Shown: positions 26,697 through 38,733 of the stretch, one piece after another | How the letters are laid out: the number at the start of each line of letters is the position of its first letter | Position numbering within the stretch: the first letter of the stretch is position 1 | DNA from: Macrostomum hystrix | Taxonomy: Eukaryota; Animalia; Platyhelminthes | Reading direction: 5' to 3' | Length of the DNA stretch: 64,000 bases | Assembly (NCBI GenBank): GCA_950097015.1 | Contig: CATNEN010000003.1 | Location: forward strand, 13,578,001-13,642,000 | Notes under the pieces: model-generated | The model's database searches: none | What the model was told of the DNA's origin: nothing | The model's input: the letters and a program-made list of their open reading frames with translations, nothing else | Position numbers and translations under genes: made by a program

Positions 26697-27055
26697 GAGG
26701 GGGTCGGTGGCAGAGCGGTCTAACGCGTTTGCTTCTCGCACCAAGGTCCATAAGTTCGATTCCACGGCGAGGCCACATTTATTAGGGACGCAGCCGCGGA
26801 GAGAAGGCTTGCGGGCTTGTCGTGCAATTTACGCCATTGAGGCCCAACCTCCAAGGCACAGTGAAATGTACACTGCCTGACGATGAGAAAGTCATGGCAG
26901 ATGTAGACACTTGTGTGAGCGTGTACCTACGTACGGTATCTGTGTACGTGTGTGCTCAGGAGTCAGCGAAATGGGCAGAATTGCCTCCTCGCTGGCTGCG
27001 GGTCTAGTGTCACCAAATGATGTGCCAGTGCTCGCAGCTCTCCTGCAATTACTAT
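26697..27055 (+). mobile_element. tRNA-derived SINE family A, near full length
   Basis: A box TGGCAGAGCGG, B box GTTCGATTCC; five related copies in window. Confidence 0.85.
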
Positions 27056-27113
27056 AAATATTTTTTTATAGGGTCCCAACCTGGATTGAAGACCGAAACC
27101 TTGAATTTAAAGG

Positions 27114-28136
27114 GCTTTGAGTATTGCCACCGTGCATTTGAATATTGCTACAATGGATTTGAGTATTGCCACCGTGGATTTGAGTATTGCCACCGTGCAT
27201 TTGAATATTGCTACAATGGATTTGAGTACTGCCACCGTGGATTTGAGTATTGCCACCGTGGATTTGAGTATAGCCACCGTGGATTTGAGTATTGCCACCG
27301 TGGATTTGAGTATTGCCACCGTGGATTTGAGTATTGCCACCGTGGATTTGAATATTGCTACAATGGATTTGAGTATTGCCACCGTGCATTTGAATATTGC
27401 TACAATGGATTTGAGTACTGCCACCGTGGATTTGAGTATTGCCACCGTGGATTTGAGTATTGCCACCGTGGATTTGAGTATTGCCACCGTGGATTTGAGT
27501 ATTGCCACCGTGGATTTGAGTATAGCCACCGTGGATTTGAGTATTGCCACCGTGGATTTGAATATTGCTACAATGGATTTGAGTGCTGCCACCGTGGATT
27601 TGAGTATTGCCACCGTGGATTTGAGTATTGCCACCGTGGATTTGAGTATTGCCACCGTGAATTTGAGTATTGCCACCGTGGATTTGAATATTGCTACAAT
27701 GGATTTGAGTATTGCCACCGTGGATTTGAGTATTGCCACCGTGGATTTGAGTATAGCCACCGTGGATTTGAGTATTGCCACCGTGGATTTGAGTATTGCC
27801 ACCGACGTGGATTTGAGTATTGCCACAGTGGATTTGAGGGGCGCCACCGTGGATTTGAGGGGCGCCACCTTGGATTTGAGTATTGCCACCGTGGATTTGA
27901 GTATTGCCACCGTGGATTTGAGTATAGCCACCGTGGATTTGAGTATTGCCACCGTGGATTTGAGTATTGCCACCGTGGATTTGAGTATTGCCACCGTGGA
28001 TTTGAGTATTGCCACCGTGGATTTGAGTATTGCCACCGTGGATTTGAGTATTGCCACCGACGTGGATTTGAGTATTGCCACAGTGGATTTGAGGGGCGCC
28101 ACCGTGGATTTGAGGGGCGCCACCTTGGATTTGAAG
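27114..28136. repeat. 21-bp minisatellite GGATTTGAGTATTGCCACCGT
   Basis: Direct tandem copies in orphan-gene intron. Confidence 0.97.
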
Positions 28137-28254
28137 GGCGTTTCATAGTGATTCATTCGTAAGCGGCCACCAATCGCCTCTGCCCCTGCCTGGCTGTACG
28201 ATGTGAATGAACATGTGTAGGTGAACATGCACGCGAAATTGAAACACCACTTAC

Positions 28255-28794
28255 CCCATATCGGTTCATAATGACAGCCAGTCGTCGATCAGATCCAAAG
28301 CAGTCCGCCATTTTCACAAAAGTAGATAGCATCTTGTCAACATCCGAACTGTGCACATAGATGTAGAACCAATAGTGGATTGGCAGTTCTCGGTCACTCT
28401 GAACGTGTCGCACTGCAACCGGGTTGTAACTGTGATAGGGCTTGGGCTTTACGTCCGCTCTGTCCATTTGTTTGTCCTCTGGCGCATCATTTTTCGTGGC
28501 AACATTGTTTACATTTTTGTCAAACTCCATTAAGGATGGTAAACTGTGCTTATTGTTGCTGCTATTGAGACGCGATTGGACAGTGGACGAAGTGCCTTCG
28601 CAGAGAGCGGCTGAGGAGGCTGCGGCTACAGCCATGAGCGAGTTGGTGCCCTTGAACCATGGCTTGGAATGTTGCTGGAAAGAAGACCGTCTCACACTGC
28701 TAGCTCCGGTTTTACAAGTGGCATTGTCTGCGCCAGGAAATTTGCTACTACGTGAACGAATTGGACTCTCTTCACTGTACTTCGGACCAAACAT
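28255..28794 (-). CDS. Uncharacterised protein, exon 1 of 2
   Basis: Non-repetitive ORF, gctgccATG start context, consensus donor GGG|GTAAGT at 28255/4, phase 0. Confidence 0.6.
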
Positions 28795-30759
28795 GGCAGC
28801 TTTTATTTCTAGTGTAGTAATTGCGTGCTTGCACTATAGTCTTCCACTAGCCCTGGCTAGAATTGCAAGCTTATTTCTGACAGAGATTTCAGTCCGCTGC
28901 ACTGCATTTGGTCCTTCGATCAATGTAGCTGCAGCAGCTACAGGTGACTTTTACCATAGAGTCAATTTCATGAAAGTTTTGAGCCGCAGTAGCTATATAA
29001 ATTATTATATGCGTATTTAAATACCAGTTTACTTATGCGAGTTACGAATGACTGTTGCTTATATATTAAAAAAATACAAAAAAACAAAAAAATGCTGCAG
29101 CTACCGTTGTGTGTTGCCAGTGTGGGCACTTCCAAAGACTGCACCTACATCGCAGCGATCTCTTGTAGACTGGGGGTAATATGAGTTCAAAGCGTCACAT
29201 ACCCAAATTTTGGGTATACACACACGCCATGCAGTTCTATACTGTCATCAAGCTGAGTGAATAGAAGCAATGGGAATAATGCTAAAACTTGGTCACGAGC
29301 ACAAATTTTACTGTTTCGATCCCTGCTGAAATTCAAACTGATCCTGACCTCTTACGTAGGCAAATAAGCTGAGGTCTGCGGTGCGATGCTCGACCACAGA
29401 GCTTCCACCGTTACCATCAGTACGTTTTTAAGCTTAGCTTAAAAAAGCTTTTCTTGTTTTTGACTATTTTTAGTAGTCATTACAACGCACGAAAGCATCA
29501 GTTTGAAGTTATAGCCTGTACAATTTATGTAGTAAATATATAATGCGTTCAGAAAGCATTCTAAAACTTCTGTTTCCGCATGGTAGAATTATTCAGAATT
29601 ATCAGAAGTAATCCAGAATTATTTTAAACAAAAGAGTTACAACTTTAATAATGATCTTAAAAAATGCGCAAAAATGAAGTCCATTTACTACGGAAAAGAG
29701 AATACACAAAAATATAACAACAACTAACTGCACAAAAAGTAAATGCACAGACCTTTAAACTGCCTTTTTACTTTGTTTGTTAAGTAAAAACAGGTATTTA
29801 GTAGATTCAAATGCTGAAAATTCTGGGGAAAAATAGTCCTTTTTTTACTACGACTTCAAAAAGGAGGGCGAAATTATTTTCTAAGAATCACACAAAGTGT
29901 TAACCATAGCTATCTGTTTTATCATACCTATGGCTATAGCTCTCTGCATTAAAAAGTGCTGATTTAGTGTATTTATCGCACACATAGGCCTATTGAAAAA
30001 AAGACGAAATTTGCTTTGAGTCACAATAAAATCGTTCAGATAGAACATTAAATCGGTGTAGTTTTTAAATTGTATCGTTGTACAGTGTCAGAAAGCTTAT
30101 GTCGGTTGTCATCAGATCAGATGTATTATCCACTAATAATCTAAATGAGCATTTGTAGACATTATGAATTCTCTAATTTAAATGTAGACATAATGACATC
30201 GAAAACCAGGGTCCTATAGTTGCAGTGTAGGGTAATATGTGCAGGGTAATATGTGCAGTGTACTGACGAAGTTTATCGCTTTATTGCTATAACTTTTATT
30301 ATAAGTAGTAACTGCTGCAGTTCATTTGAGTTGATTTATTTAGTTAGCTAAAGTAAATAAAAATGTACAAATAACATATGAGTGTAAAATAATTAATGGA
30401 AATGACCTAAACTAGTAAACAATGCTCAATTTAACTTTCAAAAATTCAACCTTTAAATTAAGATATTAAAATCACATAAGTACATTGTTAATTTTAAGAA
30501 GTTGAACACATATTGTGTTAAGAGTCCATTGCAGTCATACTATACTACAACCTCTTTGAAGACCAACAAGGAGAGGTAGTTTGTAGCATTGTGGTTAGAG
30601 CATTGAACTTTCGGCATATGTGTTGTTTCATTTGTTAAATAATTTTCTTTTCGGAAAACAAAACTACAAGTAATTTCAGTAATGAATAACGAGTGGGGAT
30701 AAAAAATTTAACAAGAACGAATGCCAGGTTGATTGTTAGCTTCTTTTAAAGTGGATATT

Positions 30760-30960
30760 GCTAGGCGACACACCATAAGAAGCGTCCAAGCACTGGGCAC
30801 GGAAACTGTCCACAGGTACTCTTGTAGGTGCATCTCAAACAGCAACAGGGAGTACCTGGTTCCATATATCTGGTGAAATTTGTGCTTTGCATGAGCCCAG
30901 GTGCCCTCCATCAGGTTAGTGTGCACCATTGGGTCGACTGAACAAAAGTCATTTGTTAAT
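30760..30960 (-). pseudogene. Merlin/IS1595(ISXO2)-type DDE transposase C-terminal remnant
   Basis: VDPMVHTNLMEGTWAHAK...HLQEYLW matches the HTNxIEGxW...L.EYxW pattern; no intact N-terminal part. Confidence 0.7.
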
Positions 30961-32770
30961 TGCTGCGACAATCATATTTTGGGCCCACAAATTCAAATCT
31001 GTCATCTAAAGAATTTAACAAATTTTAGACTATTCTGTTATTTAACGCCAGTAGATAAGATAGTCAACTCTTGTCATATAATGGTAGATATGATGACTAG
31101 CACACTAAGCCCCCCTTGGGGGCACTACACTGTTAAGACAAAAAATCTTCTGTAATGTAGAAGGACAAAACACATGTGATACAGTAAACAAAAAGAAATA
31201 CTAATTTCATCAGTAGGAATTTCCATGATTGCAAATATATGTGGTTGCAATTCAACAAGAATTTTAAATCTCTTTAAATACAAAAATAGTTAGTCTGAGG
31301 TCAAATACTTTCAGAAAAATTCAGTCTGTACACCAAGAACCCCATTGGGACAGAATTACAAAAGAAACTTACATTTGATAATACTTAGCTTATAATGCTA
31401 CTAAAATGCATGCAAATACTATCCCCTCAGCAGCAGAGAATGAGTGTCCCTACGGCAGCAAATAACCAATTTCCCCCATCAGCAGAGAACTAATGTCTCC
31501 CCAGCAACAAACAACCAATGTCCCCCCAGCAGCAGAGAACCAATTTCCCCAAACAGAAAACAACCTCCATAATACCAGGCAACCAAACCCCCAGCAAGAA
31601 ATATTTGGCCCCTTTCTTTGACAGGAAACCATTACCCCCATATAGCAGAGAATCAATTTTACTCAGCTGAGCAATCAACCAAATCCCTTTAGCCTAACAT
31701 TAGTCAACTCTTGTCATATAATGGTAGATATGATGACTCTACTATGGCTAAATTATAGTTATGAATATATTTCCTCAGGTCATATAAATAAATACTTTCA
31801 TACATGTGCAACACCCGGCTGACCCAGCCAAACTGGCCGGGTGAAACGAGGGCCAAGCAAGGTAAGTTGCAAAAACCAATAGACCAAGCACAAAAAAATC
31901 AAAGGGGGGGGACCAAGGGACAAAAAAGGAAGGCGTGAAGAAAAGGAAAAAGGGGAGAGAAAAAGAGAGCAAATGAGAGCAAACTAAGTCATAAATAGAG
32001 CAATGAAACGAACTAAGTCGCAAATGAGAGCAAAAACTAAGTCGCATGGCCAGCTAAGATTTGGGAGGTTGCGCATCTATGAATACTTTTTTAATAAGAT
32101 TTTTTTATGATTTATTCTATAGGTGTCTATGTCTTGTTCCTAACAAAAAATAACTAATGCTACCTATATGCCTATAATGCTTATATGAGAGATATAGTTG
32201 TAATATTTCCAAGTAATCATTTCCAAGTAAAATTTAGTTTTCTCTATGATTTTTAGTGCTTTTCAGCCTTTGCAAATAAATTCTAACACTCTTAATATCT
32301 TTAAACCTCCTAAAATTGTTACATTTTATAATTTATGTATTTTGCTTTCAGAATATTATTGCGCTAATTTTTTAGTCCAAATTTTAAACACTGCAAAAGA
32401 GACGTTTGCTGCCTACTCATAGTAGCATATAACCGTTATATAGAATTTTGCATTAGGCTGAAACAAGTCTAGCTATGTAAACAGTTGTGCATGTGTGCTA
32501 TTCTCTGTACATTTCCCTTAGCTAATGCAGTACAAAAGTTATTGCTGTTTTTTGTTTTCCTCAGCTAGTGAAGGTGTTCAGTATTGCCAACACTGTCCTG
32601 GATCTAGGGCCGCAAAAACCAGAGCTTTTGTTTTTCAGTCACACATGTGGACATTTATGCATTTTAGCCTTTCCCTCCCTGTCTAACCTTGCTCTCGGCT
32701 GCGCATGTGTGCATGTCAATTCTGACAATTCTGGCCTTTTCCACTGGCCCTCGATTCTAGTTGGCTGATC

Positions 32771-32798
32771 GTCACGTGACCAAAAGGTTATTTATAAA
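32771..32798 (+). promoter_or_regulatory. Palindromic E-box GTCACGTGAC plus TATA-like TTTATAAA upstream of SLC16 start
   Basis: Exact 10-bp palindrome 32771-32780; TTTATAAA 32791-32798; ATG at 32895. Confidence 0.35.
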
Positions 32799-32894
32799 TT
32801 CTAACAGATCGGAAATTCATAGTTCTAGGCATTATTTAATTTTCTTACAGAAACCAAAGCTGCATAACCATAGTCAACTGAGTGCGGAAAAAGC

Positions 32895-33219
32895 ATGACT
32901 AACAAGCCGGAGCACGAGCATCCGGTCACAGAAGAAGAAGACCAAGAGCAAGAGGGCCAGCTGGCTCCGCTGAGTCAGCAGGAGTGCGCACATTTTCTGC
33001 CATCAAAAGACGACGTTCAGTTGGCGCCGCCTAATCCGCCGGACAAAGGTTACGCTTGGCTAATTGTGTTCGGCTCGTTTCTATGCAACGCCTTGGTTGA
33101 TGGCTTCTGCTTCTCATTTGGCGTCATGCGGGACCACATCGCCACATCATTTGTCGATGCGTCCGACTCGCAACTGTCCTTTGCTGGCTCCTGCCTCACT
33201 GGCGCCTACCTGCTCATGG
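32895..33219 (+). CDS. SLC16/monocarboxylate transporter family (MFS), exon 1 of 7
   Basis: PPDKGYAWLIVFGSF SLC16 N-terminal signature; donor G|GTGAGT; 7 exons sum to 2526 nt = 841 aa plus stop. Confidence 0.93.
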
Positions 33220-33309
33220 GTGAGTCCTACTCGCTTATCTCCTACCTCTCCCGCTCTCATATCTCCCTCTACCACTGTCTCACACTCTCCCTCTGGCTTT
33301 AACATTCCA

Positions 33310-33785
33310 TTCTCCCTCTCCCCTCTCCCTCTCCCACTTGCCCTCTCCCTCTCCCCCTCTCCCTCTCCCACTTGCCCTCTCCCACTCTCCCCTCTCCCGC
33401 TCTCTCTCTCCCGCTCTCCCTCTTCCACTCTCCCTCTCCCACTCTCCATCTCCCACTCTCCTTCTCCCACTCTCTTTCTCCCGCTTCTCCTCTCCCACTC
33501 TCTCTCTCTCCCGCTCTTCCTCTCCCACTCTCCCTCTCCCACTCTCCCTCTCCCACTCTCCTTCTCCTACTCTCTTTCTCCCGCTTCCCCTCTCCCACTC
33601 TCTCTCCCGCTCTTCCTCTCCCACTCTCCGTCTCCCACTCTCTTTCTCCCGCTTCCCCTCTCCCACTCTCTCTCGTGCTCTCCCTCTCCCACTCTCCCTC
33701 TCCCACTCTCCCGCTTTCTCTCTCACTCTCACTCTCGATCCCTCACTCCCCCGCTCCCGCTTTCTCTCTCCCGCTTTCCCTCTAA
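33310..33785. repeat. Polypyrimidine tract rich in CTCTCCCACT
   Basis: Low-complexity C/T repeat. Confidence 0.9.
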
Positions 33786-34457
33786 CTCATCTCTGCCTTG
33801 CTGTCTTCTTTATTACTGTTCCTATATCTGACCTTTTTAAACGAGAGAGTTCAATATTAGTCACTTGCACAGTTGGCGTATATGTTAAGTGCACATTGTT
33901 TTGTAATCCAGTGCAAGGCTGTAATATTCGAGTGAATTAAAGCAAGTATGACTTTACTCTTTTTTTAAATTGAATTTTAAGCCTTCCCGCCATCGGTTGC
34001 ATTGACTCTATATTTAACACTTTGTAGTTAACTACCTGTGCAAAAGAGAGAGTGAGTGAGGGAGGTCGATTGGGAAAGGCTTTGCCTTTTGCATAAAAAA
34101 GCCAAAAAAGCAACCGAGCCAACTGACATTTTTAGTTTCTATTAATGTTGAATGTTGCATATACAATACTCGTATACCACTATGCCAGGTCTGAATTCGC
34201 ACACGTATATTGCTATACATGTACTAATATAGTAGACTTTATTAATCATTTAGAGAAAAGGAATAAGAAGATAGGTAAGATTAAGTTAATTAAAGTTCGT
34301 TCGTTTAAAAAAAGTAATATTTTTGCTTATGTTAAGAATGCAACTTTAAAAAAAATAGTCTATACTATCTATTGCTGACTTTTTTGTGTGTTAAAAGTAC
34401 TGAACGTTTTTTTCAGTACTTTTAGTTCGTTTGTGTGTTAAAGTTATCAGTATATTA

Positions 34458-34842
34458 AGTGGGTGAGAACTAGTAGATTTAGTGGGTGAAAACTGGTAGA
34501 TTAAGTGGGTGAGAACTAGTAGATTTAGTGGGTGAGAACTAGTAGATTTAGTGGGTGAGAACTGGTAGATTAAGTGGGTGAGAACTAGTAGATTTAGTGG
34601 GTGAGAACTAGTAGATTTAGTGGGTGAAAACTGGTAGATTAAGTGGGTGAGAACTGGTAGATTCAGTGGGTGAGAACTAGTAGATTAAGTGGGTGAGAAC
34701 TAGTAGATTAAGTGGGTGAGAACTAGTAGATTAAGTGGGTGAGAACTAGTAGATTCAGTGGGTGAGAACTAGTAGATTCAGTGGGTGAGAACTAGTAGAT
34801 TCAGTGGGTGAGAACTAGTAGATTCAGTGGGTGAGAACTAGT
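34458..34842. repeat. 23-bp minisatellite GTGGGTGAGAACTAGTAGATTTA
   Basis: About 16-17 copies. Confidence 0.95.
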
Positions 34843-34914
34843 TTACTTTGTTCTGTCAATTTGCTAAATCATCGACATGTAGGATTATAATTTATTTTTT
34901 TAACCATTTGACAG

Positions 34915-35058
34915 GTCCCATCAGTTCCGCTTTGGCCAACACTTTTGGCTGCCGGCCCATTGTGATAATCGGGTCCGCTTTGGCTTGTCTCGCATTCTTC
35001 ACCTCGTCATACCTCACCAATTTCTACGCCTTTGTTGTCGTATTCGGCGTTTTCGGAG
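34915..35058 (+). CDS. SLC16/MCT transporter, exon 2
   Basis: acag| acceptor, GPISSALANTFGCRP motif, donor G|GTGAGT. Confidence 0.93.
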
Positions 35059-35125
35059 GTGAGTTGATTTGCGAATTTGAGCTGTCGTTTTTTGTATTTT
35101 TAACAGAAATTAGAGGTAGTTATTT

Positions 35126-35995
35126 GGGATCTGGAACTGGAATTCAGGTTTATGGGATCTGGAACTGGAATTCAGGTTTATGGGATCTGGAACTGGAATT
35201 CAGGTTTATGGGATCTGGAACTGGAATTCAGGTTTATGGGATCTGGAACTGGAATTCAGGTTTATGGGATCTGGAACTGGAATTCAGGTTTATGGGATCT
35301 GGAACTGGAATTCAGGTTTATGGGATCTGGAACTGGAATTCGGGTTTATGGGATCTGGAACTGGAATTCAGGTTTATCGGATCTGGAACTGGAATTCAGG
35401 TTTATGGGATCTGGAACTGGAATTCAGGGTTATGGGATCTGGAACTGGAATTCAGGTTTATGGGATCTGGAACTGGAATTCAGGTTTATGGGATCTGGAA
35501 CTGGAATTCAGGTTTATGGGATCTGGAACTGGAATTCAGGTTTATGGGATCTGGAACTGGAATTCAGGTTTATGGGATCTGGAACTGGAATTCAGGGTTA
35601 TGGGATCTGGAACTGGAATTCAGGTTTATGGGATCTGGAACTGGAATTCAGGTTAGTAGGATCTGGAACTGAAATTCAGGAACTGGAATTCAGGTTTATG
35701 GGATCTGGAACTGGAATTCAGGTTTATGGGATCTGGAACTGGAATTCAGGTTTATGGGATCTGGAACTGGAATTCAGGTTTATGGGATCTGGAACTGGAA
35801 TTCAGGTTTATGGGATCTGGAACTGGAATTCAGGGTTATGGGATCTGGAACTGGAATTCAGGTTTATGGGATCTGGAACTGGAATTCAGGTTTATGGGAT
35901 CTGGAACTGGAATTCAGGTTTATGGGATCTGGAACTGGAATTCAGGTTTATGGGATCTGGAACTGGAATTCAGGTTTATGGGATCTGGAACCGGG
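35126..35995. repeat. 28-bp minisatellite GGATCTGGAACTGGAATTCAGGTTTATG
   Basis: Highly homogeneous tandem copies. Confidence 0.97.
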
Positions 35996-36699
35996 ATTCA
36001 GTTTATTAGATTTGGAGTTCCGGTATTCGGGATTTAAGTTGTGTTTTTCAATCCCCTGCACTATACGAGTAATAATAACTTGTTTGTTGCAACTTCTCAG
36101 CAGTTGAAAAAGCATTATTTAGTCAAAAAGTTTAGTATTTTCCTTCAGTAGTTTTAACTGACACCCGTCTATTCTTCAACTTAGATTTTGGTTGACAGTT
36201 TAGTCAACCCATTTAGATAAAATTTAATTCGGTAATCTATGCATGCTGAATTCGCTGCACAATAAATTATGATAAATTGGTAACTTTCTTGGAAAAGTTG
36301 CGCTTAGAAAGTTATTTCATACCTATGTAGCAAAATTATATCTTATACAAGCAATCTCTATTCTAAGGCTTATTATAGAAAAATTGTAGCCAAAGCTTGT
36401 GCAACTGTGTCTTAACGCAAATTTAAATTAAGCAATAAATAAAAGTGGTTATGCTTATGATTGTGCGTGGGTGTTGGTTAGGTAACAGTATCGATTGGGT
36501 GACAGCTAACACCTAGGCGAAGGTTATTGCGACCGCTATTTCCACTGACCTCTGGGGCGCACAGACTAGCTGACTGTAGCTCACAGCATAACCATTAAAA
36601 CAAGTGTTTGTGGATCAGTTAATGTATTTGTGATATGGATAGACTTCAAATATGATAGTTTGGGAAATCACTGAGCAATTGTAGGTTAAATGGTTTGAG

Positions 36700-37310
36700 A
36701 TCAATGAGAAATTCAAGATTCGATGGTTTGAGATGAGAGATTGAGGATTCTATGGCTTGGGATTCGAGGTGGGATTGTGGATTTGATGGTTTAGGTTTTA
36801 AGGAGGGATTGAGGATTCGATGGTTTGGGATTGGGGGAGGGATTGTGGATTCTATGGTTTGGGATCAATGAGGGATTGAGTATTCGATGGTTTGAGATCA
36901 ATGAGGGATTGAGTATTCGATGGTTTGGGATCAATGAGGGATTGAGTATTCGATGGTTTGGGATCAATGAGGGATTGAGTATTCGATGGTTTGGGATCAA
37001 TGAGGGATTGAGTATTCGATGGTTTGGGATCAATGAGGGATTGAGTATTCGATGGTTTGGGATTCGAGGAGGGATTGAGTATTCGATGGTTTGGGATCAA
37101 TGAGGGATTGAGTATTCGATGGTTTGGGATCAATGAGGGATTGAGTATTCGATGGTTTGGGATTCGAGGAGGGATTGAGTATTTGATGGTTTGGGATCAA
37201 TGAGGGATTGAGGATTTGATGGATTGGGATTCGAGGAGGGATTGAGTATTTGATGGTTTGGGATTCAAAGAGGGATTGAGGATTCGATGGTTTGGGATCA
37301 ATGAGGGATT
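36700..37310. repeat. 33-bp minisatellite GAGGGATTGAGTATTCGATGGTTTGGGATCAAT
   Basis: Tandem copies with degenerate edges. Confidence 0.93.
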
Positions 37311-37382
37311 GATAGTATTGGGTTACGGAATGACAGGATACAATTGAAATAAAGATTTACGATCGTTTTATCATTCAATCAG

Positions 37383-37741
37383 GCATCAGCTTCGGCCTCA
37401 TCTACCTGCCCTCTGTTGTCACCGTCGGCTTCTGGTTCGAGCGTCGACGCGCCTTCGCCACGGGCATCGCAGTCTGCGGCAGCGGCATCGGCACGGCAGT
37501 CTTCTCGCTGTTGATCGATCGCTTAATTGAGCACTATTCGTGGCGCGGCACTTTGATGATCCTGTCGGCTCTCGTGTTAAACTGCGCCCTGGCTGGCAGT
37601 CTTATGATGCCCCTTGAGCGATATTATGAGATTCTCACACTGCGAGAGAAGCGCAGGCTGGCCAAGGGCAAGCCGCGAGTGAAAGGCAATATTATGAAGA
37701 AGCTAATTGAGAATAAGAAACGAGAACGGAATGTTAGCCAG
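37383..37741 (+). CDS. SLC16/MCT transporter, exon 3
   Basis: GISFGLIYLPSVVTVGFWFERRRAFATGIAVCGSGIG and YSWRG motifs; donor CAG|GTGAGC. Confidence 0.93.
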
Positions 37742-37847
37742 GTGAGCATTTAGGGATGTGAAGACTTTTGAAGGATTTCAATTTTGATGTTGAAAATTTG
37801 TGATTAGACTAGTGAAAATATGGAGTGGGTACGAACCATACAAATAT

Positions 37848-38260
37848 GATTCGATGTATGGGATTAGGTGTGTGGGATTCGATGTATGGGATTAGGTGTG
37901 TGGGATTCGGTGTATGTGATTAGGGTGAGTGGGATTCGATGTATGGGATTAGGTGTGTGGGATTCGATGTGTGGGATTAGGTGTGTGGGATTCGATGTAT
38001 GTGATTAGGTGTGTGGGATTCGATGTATGGGATTAGGGTGAATGGGATTCGGTTTATGGGATTAGGTGAATGGGATTCGATGTATGGGATTAGGTGTGTG
38101 GGATTGTGAATGTGGGATTAGGCGTTTGGGATTCGATGTGTGGGATTAGGTGTGTGGGATTAGGCGTGTGGGATTCGATGTATGGGATTTGTTTTGTGGG
38201 ATTATGTGTTTGGGATTAGGTGAGTGGGATTCAATGTATTGGATTAGGTGTGTGAGATTA
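37848..38260. repeat. 28-bp minisatellite GGGATTCGATGTATGGGATTAGGTGTGT
   Basis: Degenerate tandem copies. Confidence 0.9.
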
Positions 38261-38365
38261 TGGATGTGGAAGAATCAGATTTATGATTGAATTTATGTGA
38301 TTTTAAAATAGATTTGTTTCTCAAAATTCTCCTATCTCCTACTCAACTCCGAATCTACTCAAAAG

Positions 38366-38696
38366 GGGTCCCTGAACGGTTGGATCATCACCACTGCCAA
38401 TCGTGTCGAACCGCCGCCGCCAGACTTCGACGATCAGCCAGTCATGAGCTCCGACGCTTTGCACCGCATAGCCGAGACTGTGCTGCGCAGGAAGACCAAT
38501 GCTTCTAGAAGATTGAACAACAGGAATAGTGCCGCCTTGAGTGACGCAGCCGCCACAAACGCCGCCGCGGCCGCCGCGGCCGCCGCCGCCGCCGCCGCCA
38601 CTGGGGCCAGTGCCGGCTTGAAAAGTGGCGCCCTGCCTCAATTAGTGCGAGACTATGCGCAGAGTCAAACTTCTCTGCACAATTCTCCATCAATGG

Positions 38697-38733
<37 letters not shown>

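Noticed and set aside
26960-27055. GCCTCCTCGCTGGC identical to the HDV ribozyme P3/L3 segment
   Set aside because: No upstream P1 partner, no P1.1 GG and no P2 3' strand; a simple hairpin explains the sequence
27017-28228. 381-aa GFEYCHR-repeat ORF resembling a metal-binding or adhesive repeat protein
   Set aside because: 21-bp unit open in several frames on both strands; begins inside a SINE tail and lies within an intron
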